From Paragordius varius (Eukaryota > Animalia > Nematomorpha): a stretch of DNA of 64,000 nucleotides. Below, in pieces: positions 23,801 to 36,000 of this stretch. Every line of letters starts with the position of its first letter. The first letter of the stretch is position 1. The notes under the pieces were generated by a model, which worked only from the letters and a program-made list of their open reading frames with translations, made no database searches and was not told where the DNA came from. Made by a program: the position numbers and the translations under genes. The DNA lies in the NCBI GenBank assembly GCA_964247055.1, contig OZ176050.1, forward strand, positions 10,602,001 through 10,666,000. Reading direction: 5' to 3'.

Positions 23801-26800
23801 ATCAGACCATATGAGTTCAATAAGGGCTTGAAATATTGCTCGTAAAAAGGTAAAATATTAAGTAGAGCGGTTTTATTAAAGTACCCCTTAATTAGGCCCT
23901 TGCCCTGAAAAATGCGTCACCATAGAATAACTTTTTAGTTTTAAGGCAATTTTTAAAAAATCGAAGAATCATGATTCTGGGTAATACCCCAATTAAGGCA
24001 AAAATTTTAATCGAAAGTTTTTTTGTTTCGACCCTGGTTAGGGAACTACCCGCGTAAAACTGCGTTACCATATTGATACAGCATGCCTTTGGGACCAAAT
24101 TTAAGAATACCCATGAGTCTAATAGGAAGATGTGGAATCCAGGATAATTCCAGATATTCCCCATATAAAGGCAAAAATTTTTCCCAACGCTTTTTTAGCT
24201 CCTGGGTTAGGAGCTACGCGCCAAAAACTGCGCCACTATATATCGTTGTTTTGGAGCTAATTTACGGAAAATTTATGAAGCTATATGAGCTCATTAAAGG
24301 CTTGAAATATTACCCGTAGGTAAAAAAAATCAGGCGTTTTTTGGCCGTTAATTGGGGCCTTTATGCCCTAAAAATACACCATAATATGACAATTATTTAG
24401 TGTTGAGGTTTTAAATATCCCATGAGACGATGGTATCAAAGATAATTCCAAATATTAAAGGCAAAAATTTTAACTCAGCGCTTTTTCCATAGAGGTCTAT
24501 GGGTAGGGGTATAACGGTCCAAAACTGTGACGCCATATGAAAATGGCGTGGTTTTGGAGCTAATTTTAAAAAAATTTAAGAAGCCATTCGAATTCAGTTA
24601 AAAACATTTCTGGGGAATTTGTATAATATCATTCCTTCCTTTAAAAAGGGACCACAAATGATTTTCTTTTGATATTCCTTGATCTTAGGAGCACAATTTC
24701 AAAATAAAACTTTTAATCATGATTTCGTAAAACGAAAATCTTAAAATAATTCCAATGATAGTTGAATATTAACTTTTAATAAGGGACAGTTTAAATATGT
24801 CGATTTTGAGTGAACAATATTTGAACCTATGCAAAAACCTGTAAAAGAATAATTAAAGACATTCTTTTTATTAAATATGTTTTTTAATATCTTTTTATCT
24901 TGATTACTCTATTTATTGCAACACCAAGGATAATTATCGGTGGACTACGTCACAGCGAAGCGTGACAGGGCCAGTTAGTTTACTTATATAATACAAATCT
25001 TACTACATAAACCCCCGTTGTATAATTGTAAAGAAATATTAAAATTAAGATGCGCGATAAACATTATACAGTAGATCTCGCATATTTGACCACCCTTTAC
25101 AAAGTCCCTATAAAATAAGTAAGATTAATAAATTATCACGAAAAAACAAATGAATAAGCAAATGTAACAAATTAGATATAAGTTGATATACCAGAAAGAA
25201 TTCATCAAGGGTCGTATATGGTGTATTTATTACAATCATGTGCCAATCATTTTTTAGAATATTCATTTAATTTTTCGTTATAATCATTCATTTCTTACTG
25301 TAATTAGTTAAAACTAATCACCATGCATTTTTGATAAATAAGGTATTAATTTTTAAAGAACTGTTAAAAGTTGCATTAACCCCCAAATAAATTAGAAAAA
25401 GGAATAGAAAAAATAAAATTTGCCGCGGCTCTCACTATGTTTGAATGATGCACATATATACCAATGTCCCATGTTAAATTTTCATCAGGAGTCAATACAT
25501 AGAACATCTTCAAAAAATTTTAACAGAATGTGCGCGAAATTGGTGAAGGCTAGATAAAAATACATTAGATTTTTTTTTTAAATTTAAGCCTTATTCCCTG
25601 ACAAAAAGTAGCAACCAAATCCCTAATTCTTTAATTAGTCAAAAAATGAATTTAAATTTTTTTCTAAAATTTTGTAAATCAAATGGTAAAAAACAAATAT
25701 AATGAACATTTATCAATTAAACCTTATTTGACATCCAGGCTTCTTGGATTTGTTTCCTTTCTTTGTCTTTTAGGCCAGCATGATAGGCAAGAGCTAAAAT
25801 TCCGAAATCATTGAGTTGTATAGCGACTATATCGCACTCTTCTCTAGTACGGCAATAAATTAAACCCGAGGATATAGTTTGCTGTTTAATATCGTGTTTT
25901 GATTGTGCATTTATCGAGGTTTTTGATACGTTTTTTATCAACTCTAAAAGATTGAGAAAAAAAGGATCTAAGGTGGTCGATTTTGATTTATTCTCATATT
26001 CTTCTGCCATACATTCTTTATATCGCACTTCATAAAACAAATTTGATCTAAAGCATGATACTTTTAAAATGGCAGTATTTGGTACTTGCAGACCAAGTGA
26101 ATTCAATATATCGCTTAAAATATGTGCAGGGGATGTAGCTGTCAATGCAATTATAGGTATAAAAATTTTATTATTAGTCGACTGAATTAGGGGTATGATT
26201 GTTTTTATTTTGAGATAATCGGGACGAAAGTCATGACCCCATTGAGATACACAATGAGCTTCATCTATAACTACATAAGCAAGAAGATTTTTGATAATAA
26301 TATCTTGAATAAATTTACTAAACCATTTTGATTTAGATATCAACTCTGGGGTGACATATAAAAATTTAATGGGCGATTTTGGGGATTTTTTCGTTCCGAC
26401 CTTATCTATATTTGTATTTAATGTAGAATAACGTAATTTAGGTGTCATAAGTTTTTCGAAAGCGTTAGTGTGAGTAGTATTATTTATTTGCAATGCAAGA
26501 TCGCTGATTATTTGGTTTCTTTGTTCTTTAGAGATGGAGGAATTCAGAGACACAGCTCTGAGATCGCAACAATTTAAGTATAATATTTGGTCATTTATAA
26601 GCGCTAGTAATGGTGAAACAACTAACGCTAGGGAATTAGGTGATTTGTGAAGAATGGGATATTGGTAACATAACGATTTTCCAGCTCCAGTGGGCATGCA
26701 AACAAACAAATTTTTAGGTACATCTATTTTAGAAAAGAATAAATACCATTAACCATGTGACTAATCGCTTTCCTCTGAATGTCATTTTTAAAATTCTCAT

Positions 26801-26840
26801 GCCCAAAGACTTTTTTTAAATTTTGTAAATTCAAATCCAT
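20868..26840 (-). CDS. RECQL5: RecQ helicase, RECQL5-like, about 726 aa; exons 26840-26747, 26723-25723, 21953-20868
   Basis: Motifs [79 protein letters not shown]. Zn domain [20 protein letters not shown] followed by LYGGGKRG and EEFRKRK, as recalled for RECQL5. Splice phases are consistent (2181 nt). Confidence 0.92.
22647..24978 (+). mobile_element. Non-autonomous Helitron, type A1, 2332 bp, in RECQL5 intron 2
   Basis: A|TCTATATAATTATAAAAATGG start. 3' hairpin GTCAC-A-GCGAAGC-GTGAC (24949-24966), then TTAG|T (CTAG variant). No TSD. Internal degenerate modules of about 300 bp. Confidence 0.88.
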
Positions 26841-27999
26841 ATTACCCGTTCATATCAACATATGTAGTATATCTATATGTTATAAAAATCTGGAATAGAG
26901 GCCTTAAGACAATTTTAGGGGGAAAACGTGTTTATCTAGTAGATTTTAATTTTTTATAACGCTACTGATTGGGCTTTTTTTGAATTGGTCTAAACCGCTT
27001 TTAATAACAATAAATTTCAAGCATTTGCAAAGGTAGCTTAAAAGCTTTTACAATTTAAATTTAGCCTCCATAAAAAATAACCTGATGATAAGATCTGATA
27101 AGGAAATCGTATCAGGATTATTATGGTGCTTCTCTTTTTGGCCCTTGCTAGTGATTTAAGATTGCCACTTTAATGGTAAGCGCTCCATATCATTAAATGC
27201 CGAAATTTGCCCACATTTTATTTAAATAAATTTTGGTAAAAATATCACTAAAATATATCACAAAAAAAGCAAAACAATGTTATTACAAGATTTTAATCTT
27301 AAGATGTGGGCGAAAATCCCATTTGTTTTGCTCTTCTGAAATAGACTAGTTCTCTTAAAATTAATGTTATAATGCCTTAGATAAAAATTATAAATATTAG
27401 CAAAATTTTTATATCATCCAAAATTATTTTTAGTAAAAATACATTATTTTCAAAAAAATTTTTTGCAAATTTGTTGAAGCGTACTATACACTATTTTAAG
27501 CCAGGAAGGAAACTTATAAACACGCTTTTAATTATAAATACACTTTTTCTATACATATTCACGATGGTGATTATTTGAGCTTCAGAATTTCGATTTAAAG
27601 GCTCACTTAGATAATTGTGCTTAGTTTCTGTATAAAAACAGACTTTATTTTTAACATTAATTTGGACCAACAAATATTTTAATCGAAATTCTAAAGTCAT
27701 AGCAATATTCAGCATCATCATATTATAAAGAAAATTGTTTTTGTAATATCTCTAACCGTTTATATATCGTTGTTATCAAGCCTGAAACTAGAAGGAAGTA
27801 TGTCTCGATAAAATTTTGTTTAAAATTATTTTGAAAAAAATATGCATTTTTTGAAAAAGTTTTAGTTGATATCAAAATTAAGCATGTATTATAATTTTTA
27901 TTTTTCAATCTCGGCATTTTCATTTAAAGATAAATTATTTTAGAAGAGCGTAAAAGTTTGGGACTTTTGGCCCTCATATTAATTAAGTTTTTTTAAAAA

Positions 28000-28290
28000 T
28001 ATAGTGATTGTGAGGTTTATTTATTCACGTATAGCAGTATGGTATAATAAAATAGAGTTGAGAGATAAAAAGAAAAACCAAATAAAAATAGTGAGTTGCT
28101 ATTATATCACAAGTTCATTTTTATCTGTGCATGCCTTATTTGCGTAGACGTTACACAATGGTTATTCTCAACAACAGATAAGCTTTAACACGAAATATAT
28201 ATATAATATTCAAATACAAAATAACTGATGCAACATGAATTGAGTGTGTTAACAAAATAGAATATTATAACCTTACATTACTCTCCCCCT
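28000..28290 (-). mobile_element. Polypurine tract and probable 3' LTR of the Gypsy element
   Basis: AGGGGGAGAG (reverse complement of 28281-28290) 38 nt after the integrase stop, followed by TAATGTAAGG. The LTR far end was not determined, so the left coordinate is approximate. Confidence 0.55.
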
Positions 28291-28328
28291 AAGTTAACCA
28301 CGGGGGCTGTCGTGTTCGTACATTATAC

Positions 28329-29310
28329 CTATAAGTTTAAACGATCGGGAGGCTGCCGTCTTCTTAGCGGATATCTACGCTCGGGTAGGTCAGAAACCTC
28401 CTTTACCACGTCGGGTGTAGCCTCTACAGGCGTCAGCGATTCTGGGGCTACGTCTTGCCATGAGGTAGCCGGCGATGGGGCATGGACTATTTGAGATTCC
28501 GAGGTGGGATGGAAGGTTTGTTCGGAGGGGGCTTCGACATGACCCGGGACACTTTGCTCTATTAAGGGGTTACTCTCGTATGAATTCCCTCCCGACCTAT
28601 GTCGTAACTGATCGGCATGTTTGCGTTTTCGCAACCCTTCCTCATCTTGCACTTCATACGAGAGTAACCCCCTTCTCTCCAGAATGTGACCTGGCCGCCA
28701 GCCTACGGCCATTTCATTTTTAATATAGACAGGGTCGTTTTGTTGGAATTCGCGTCTCGGTTCATTTTCGTGCTCTATAAATTCGACAGGGGTTGTTTTT
28801 ACCCAAGAGATAGGATTGTGTACACGCCGTTTTAGGAATATGGCGGAAGGCGTTTCTTTTAGCGAAGAATGCATGCTAGTTCGATACGAATAAAGGACCG
28901 TGTTGATAGCTTCATATGCATGCATTTGTTGGGTCTTAGTAGCGGCGTATTTCGTTTTTAATGTCTTTATTACTCTCTCGACTAGACCGTTTGTTTTGGG
29001 GTGATAGGGTGCTGCACAGATGTGCTTTATATTCATATGATTTAGGAGAGTCGTAAATTCTCTTGAAGTAAAATACGGGGCGTTATCGGTCACAATTTGG
29101 CGGGGGAAACCAAATCGTGCGATGTGTTTCTCCAGGCAATTTAAAACGCTTTGACTCGTTATTGATTTGAGAAGATCTATCTCTACCCACCGTGAGGCGC
29201 TATCGATAGTCACTAACCAATAATATCCGTCCACCGGTCCAGCAACATCTATATGTAACCTTTCCCATGTCAAAGTGTTAAAATTCCATCGATAGGGAAT
29301 ATTTTGTGGA
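28329..29310 (-). mobile_element. Ty3/Gypsy LTR retrotransposon pol 3' fragment (integrase core plus SH3/GPY-F-like domain)
   Basis: WERLHIDVAGP (D), IVTDNAPYF (D) and GLVE with exactly 35 residues between D and E. C-terminal DPVYIKN..WRPGHILE..SYEV..HADQLR and RRYPLRRRQPPDRL. No RT, RNase H or zinc finger upstream. Confidence 0.9.
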
Positions 29311-32300
29311 AAATAGCCTTTAGCTTTCACCAAAAAAGATTTTAAAAAATGTGCGCGAATTCAGCGATTTTCTGATATAAAGCATTTCTTAAATTGCTCA
29401 TAAGGGCCAAAGCCAAAAACACGATAATAATCCCAATAGATTTTCTTAACAGAATATGCATATATATATATTTCATCAGCTTATTTGCGCCCCATTTTGG
29501 ACGCAGTATAATATACATTCCCTTTTGTATCAGTGATAAAAAAATTAAAAAAAATCTGGCGAAAATTTTAAAATGAAGATTTTCAATTTTTTGGTATAAT
29601 TTTTTTTGAAGCATGCGCCTAAAAAAGCATTATTTTGTGTTCGGCATAATACCTTAAATACTTTCTAAAATATTTAAATTTCCAATCGCTCGGGCATATA
29701 AAATACCCCAAAGGTAATGAAGTGAAAATAATTTGCCGAAAACTCGGCTTCCAATTCTTTAATAAGTTTTTTATATTTTTAAATTATCATGAATCACTGA
29801 TTTAAGAGTATCCTTGGGTTCAACTCCGTTCCACTAAAAATGTTTGCACAATATTGCCTAAAGCTACGAAACATGTACCATTTCAATAATGTTTTTTTTA
29901 TTTTTTTAGCAATGCCCTAATGCCCTCAGCCAATTTTTAATTTGACATCGGGCTTTTGAACAGATATAGCCTTTGAAGAAATTTTGAGGAAAACGCGTAA
30001 ATCTATTCAAAAATAAAGGATTTACGAATTTACTGAGGGTGGCAGAATCACATTTTTATTATCTTCTGTAAGCCGTTTTCATGAGATCACGTTTTTAAAA
30101 ACCATATTCAAAATGATTTACAGCATATTATCGATATCCACAGGGCCCACAAAGAATATCTTGATGAAATATATATTCTGCTTGGAAAAAGATCAGGATC
30201 ATCCTAGTTCTTTTGGTTTTGGCCCTAACGAGTGCTTTAAAAAATTATATTTGTGGTAAATGCTCTATATCAGAAAATGGCAAAATTTGCGCAAATTTTT
30301 TTGATGAAAGCTAAATGCTTTATTCGAAAAAATATTTTTGTATATCATTAAAGCAAAACAATATTTTTAAAAAATTAAATTTTTTTCGATGCGGGATCTA
30401 CCAAATTTTTTCGCTCATCTAAAATGGGCTCGATCTCTTAAAATAAATGGCGTCATAAAAATTTAAATATATGCTCAATTTTGATATCCAAAAATATTTT
30501 TTAAAAAATGCAACCTTTTTTTTAATATAAATTTTATTACAATTTTGTTGAAGCTTATTCTTTTTTGTGGCGGGAAACGATGTAAAAACGCTTTAAGATA
30601 TTACAAAAACACTTTTTTTCCGATTCTGCACATATCACAACAGACTTTTTATTTAGCTATTGGTTCGTCTAATTTTTTAGATATGCATAATCTACGAAAA
30701 TTTGAAAGCAAACAAACCTTTAAACAATTATTCTGAAGGGATAAAAATGTACAGAATCATATTATTTAGAAAAACGTTTTTATCTGAGCGTATTTATACC
30801 GTTTCCTCAGGCCTCAAAATAGTATGAAGTACGCTTCAACTTGATAAAATTACTTTTTAGAAATATTTTTGTTCAGGAGAACTAGCCTATTTTAGAAGAG
30901 CAACTTGGGACTTTGCCCACATTTAAAATTAAATTTTTTATAAAATACTGTTTTGCTTTTTATATTTATTTTATGATATATTTTATTGATATTTTTTGGA
31001 GCATTTAGCTTTCTCCAAAAAATTTTGTTTAATACAATGCTGCACTACAAAAGTGATAGCTTTCTTATGTTGCTCGTAAGGGCCAAAACCAAAAGCACAA
31101 TGATAATCCTAATGCATTTTTCTATTAATATATATCTTCATCAGGATGTTACACCCCCCGATTTTAGAAGCAATGTAATTTTATCGAAAAATCTCGGGAT
31201 TTTTCCGTTTATTTCATGATAATGCTAATATTGCCATCAAATTTAGGATATTTATTTATCAGCGTTATAAAGGCAGATTAAGGATAAACGCTTTTAATAT
31301 TTTCGCTGTATACCGCTTTATCTGTAAAATAGGTCGAGATAAAAATGCGTAATACCTTACTGGAAATCCACTTTTGTACTAAATGCTCCATATGAAAAAT
31401 CGCAAAATTAGCCACATTATGTTAAAATTTTTTGGTGAAAGCTAAATGCTTTATTCCAAAATAAATCATTTTAATTTTTAATTACATTTAAAAACCAAAT
31501 CTATGTTATCAAATTTTAATTAGATGTGGGCTCTAAGAGTGTCAAATTTTTGTACCCCTGTAAATAGGCTAGTTTTCTTAAAGTAAACAAACGAAATTTT
31601 TAACATATGCTGGATTGTGTCAAAAAAACAAATATTTATAAAAGGCATTCTCTGCTTTAAAATAATTTTTTATTTTTGTTGCGCATTGGGTATTTCGAAG
31701 TATGGTGGAAACCGTATAAAAACAATTTAAATCTATAAATACCTTTGCTATATAATTTAATAGTGACCATTTTAATGACCTCGATAGAAAATTCGCGCCT
31801 GATATTTTAGTTATAAAAATGTGTTCCCCCCAAAAATCTGCTTAATGAAACTTAACAGTAATCCTTTTTCAATAGAGTCCTGTATTTATCAAAGCTTTTT
31901 TTTCTAGGCTATTAACATAAAAGCTGATAATAAATAATGCGCTTGATCCAAATATGCGCATTCAAAGGGTTATTAAATAACTCAGTTAAACGCTCACAGA
32001 TGTTTATTGCAATTATAGAAATTTAACCAATCTAGATAATTTTATTACTGTCATTTATGCAAATTATAATTATTTGAAAATCAGTTTTTGTTTATATAAA
32101 CAGTTTCTTATTATTGTTTTAGATCTCATGTGATTAACATATGTATTGATAGTTAAGCGGTCGCATTCATGGTAATAAACGCGATAACCGGTGAGACCCC
32201 AACCCTGTTCACAAGGCTTTAAATAACAGCAATCGCTTTCAACCTAGTGTTGGGTAAAGGGAAGAATTATAATAAAAAATTTTGACCTAATTTAATTTAG

Positions 32301-33061
32301 AAACTCAAAAATTTGGGAAAATATTAAAGCCACCTTAAACAGATGTAACATATATTTATTTGCATGAATAATAAGTATACATAGGCAAATCAAGACAATT
32401 CTACCATAAAAAACGATATTAAAAATTATTATATAATAATGAAACATGTAATTAAAAAAAATTTTAATATACTATCTATTAACAAATAATACAAACTATA
32501 ATTGAGATTGATACTGCATTTTTTAATTGCATATATTTTGCATATTTACCATGTGTTATGATATAAAAATATATTTTTTAAAAAAACAAAACACAAAACT
32601 GTTTATATAAATTGTTGAAATAATATAAAATTGTTCATATTGATAAAAAAATATGGATTACAATATAAATTATTATTTAAATGAATATTGCCATTTTCCC
32701 ACCTTTCTCTTATTATTTCAATACAGGAAAAAACTTAAAAAGTTAGGCTTTTTTAGTCTTTTAATTGGTTAATATCATAATATAATACTTATAAAATCAG
32801 CAGTTGTAAATATTTCGTTATTTTTTATTTTTTAATATTTCATTTTATTGTGATTGAAAATGTTAAAGCGGGATAGTTTGTACAATAGATTTACATTAAA
32901 GTTACAAATCTATTAACTCAAATGATTGTCAAATAACCAATTTAAAAACTTGATAAGCTTCCTTTTTTTGTTTTCCCTGTATTGTTATATTAAAAAAATG
33001 ATACACTAAAAAAGAAAAGCGAAAATCGAAATGATAATGTTTTGAAAAGTCAAATGCATTC

Positions 33062-36000
33062 CTAATTGCTTGTGGTTGTGACAGTTATCCCTGTACTGAT
33101 ATGCGGTGCATTGGTCGTCGTTTTAATAGGGGAACTCACTGTATAAGTCGTCGCGCCGCCCGTGTTGTGGTGACCGGTCCCTGATAAAATAATTAAAATG
33201 TTTTTTATGATAGAATATTACATTAAAAAAATGAACTATAAATACAGACAAAACTTAAAAGCTATAAGGGACAAAAAATTTTTGCTAAATAAGGAAGAGA
33301 GATGTAAATTAAGAAAAAATATATATTATAAATAATTGTAGGTAAATAGTTTATGTAGGAAAAATTACTGTTAAATTTAGTATAGCGTTTTTTTGAAAAA
33401 AATATTTTTGTCATTATGTGTTTTACGCTTTTTCTGTACTAATTAAATTTTCTGTAATAGACATCGCGTTTTTAAAAAATATATATTATATTTGTAGAGG
33501 TAAGTATATTTTGTATAAATTATGATAATTATTGACTTTGATTAAAAATAAATTGTAATAAAAACGATTATTCTAAACATATTAAAAACTGACAAACATA
33601 ACCTATTTTTTAAATTTTAGTCGATATATGCACATATAATAATGATATATCGCTTAAAATTAATTATTAAAAACATATGAAACAGATCAATTTTATAATA
33701 AACAGGCGATCATATCTAATAAACCTATCGTTGTCGTAATAAAATGGGTCGTTTCGTCTACAGGTCTCCCAGAGGTCGAAGTTGAAATGTCATAACCAGA
33801 ACGCTCAGATACATTAGTTAATGGCCGGTATGCAGTATCAACTTTTCCTGACGCAGGATACGAGTGTTGCTCATAGTAATAATCGGTAGGGGCAGTTAAA
33901 TGTTCCTTAAACTCCATCGAAGGTCCAACACGATGCCACCAATTCGGTTTTCTTGCATTCTCGTGAAAGTATGCATCAACATGTCGTACCGCCAAAGATT
34001 TCGCATTCCGCTACCGTTAAATTTATATATATGCATGAATGTTAACTTGGGGAAAAGATATTAATAATTTCTAAATCTTAAAATAACCAGTTAATTTAAT
34101 TCATTTATTAGAGAATCAAATTTTAATGAAAACACAATAAATATTTTCCAAAATTTTTTATTGGTTTATACAAAAGTTGGCTCATTGGCAAGAATCATAC
34201 TTTTGTGATGATAGTTGCCAAATATACTATACCCCCCTAATTTTGCTATATAAAAGAAAATAAAACTTTATAAAAATTCGTGAATATAAAAAATGGTCAA
34301 GTAAAAAATTTCCCCTAAAATTAATTTTATCTTGATATACAAGTATAACTCGACATTCCCCTACTTTTTATAGATGTTTTACATGTGCATAGAGGAATTA
34401 CAGTTATAAATATGTATGTAACTTACACGAGAGAGACGTTCGAATTCATTAGCCTCTTTCCATTTGTAAATGTCGGCAAAACGGCGCTCATAGAAATTCA
34501 TTTTGCTGCACAACGACTTAAACAACTTCACTACATATGATACAGAATAGAGTTCTTATTCGATAAATAATGGTGTACAGATAAATATACAGTCATAAAT
34601 AATTATTTTGAAGCGAAATTTTTTTTATAAAGAAAAACTTTTTTAAAAAAACTTTTTATCATCAAACTTTAACAACAAACAATGTAAGCATTTTATAATA
34701 CCAAATAACAATGCAAAAGCTAGCGTCAATAATAAAATCCATCCAATCATTTGGGATTTGGCGCGAACCTGGCGGGTATGGAGGTAATTTGGATCACATG
34801 GCTTAACTGAATATCCACAAGTTAAAAATCTAGACATAAATAAGTATATGCATGCACTTTTTTAACTAATATCTACCGTTTAAATCAAAATGTAAAAGTA
34901 ATGGAGCAATCATTTCGACAATTACAAACGATTATTTTTCATTCGAGATCGTGCCATAATATATAATATACCATTTTTCAGTCAAAAGCAACCCTTTTCG
35001 AGCAAAAACAACACTTTTTCAACGAAATGCAACATTTTTCATCCATTGTTGCTTTTGGTCGGAAAAGGTTGCTTTTGACTGAAAAAATGTTGCGTTTGAA
35101 AGCATGTTGCGTTTGTGTTACAAAGGTGTTGATTTTGACTGAAACACGGGATAGTATGTTATACATAGGGTAGAGATTTATAGCAAAATATTTTTATTCG
35201 ACAAGTTGTGATTTTAAAACCAAACCCCATAAATTATTAAAATTAAAAAATATTTATATGAGCCTGGTTTAACGTGACTAAAATAATACACAAGTTACAA
35301 AAATGTTACTTGCCATCCAGCAAAGATATTAAAATCCATTCCCAAGCCGGGACGGATGCCGATAACAAAGCTTTCCCAATATGAGGAATTTTATGCCCAA
35401 TGCCGCCATGTTGCTGAGTTACTTTGACTTGAGTCCCATCTTCTCGGACTGTGACCCCGGTTGTACTTTCCTTCCTAAACAATCCTGTAACATGTCTCCA
35501 CAATTCATTTTTGATAATCAATTCTACAAAAAAGGAAAAAATTGATTACAATTAATGTGATAAACTTTGGTTTACAAACAGTTTTTTTAAAAAAATTATG
35601 TGCCAATTTTTTTACCTGAACAAAAATTGAAAAAATAAAAATGTGTTTTGAACAGGTACCATTAATTTATTTTTAAAAAACGATTCTAGCAAAAAATGAA
35701 AAAAAGGTGTTTTTAATGGATGTAGTCTGACTTTAAGGTTAGGGTTTAATTAATATATGCGTGACAAATATTTTAAATCCTAATGGATAATATGAATATG
35801 TGTAAAAAACGAAAATTGTAAAAAATAAAAATGCATTGGCCGGGAATTGAACCCGGGTCTCCCGCGTGGCAGGCGAGAATTCTACCACTGAACCACCAAT
35901 GCTACGGTAGAAAATAGATTATTTAAGTTTATAATGCGGTTTTTTAAACAAATTAGGGATGTTTTTTCGTAGGATATAACAAGAGTGTCCAACACACGGC

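Larger units (their letters stand above)
26905..31700. repeat. Unclassified non-coding repeat family E: modules of about 250-350 bp in alternating orientation
   Basis: Landmarks GGATTAT..GGCCCT..GAAAGCTAAATGC..AAAGCAAAACA..TGTGGGC..AAATAGGCTAGTTCTC occur at about 27115(+), 27935-27990 plus 29318-29435(-), 30195(+), 30875-31130(-) and 31385(+), and also at 59220(+) and about 420(+). Confidence 0.65.

Noticed and set aside
22647-24978. Regularly recurring motifs that might be a CRISPR-like array
   Set aside because: The context is eukaryotic, the whole 300-bp units are homologous (no unique spacers), no cas genes are present, and the ends are Helitron termini.
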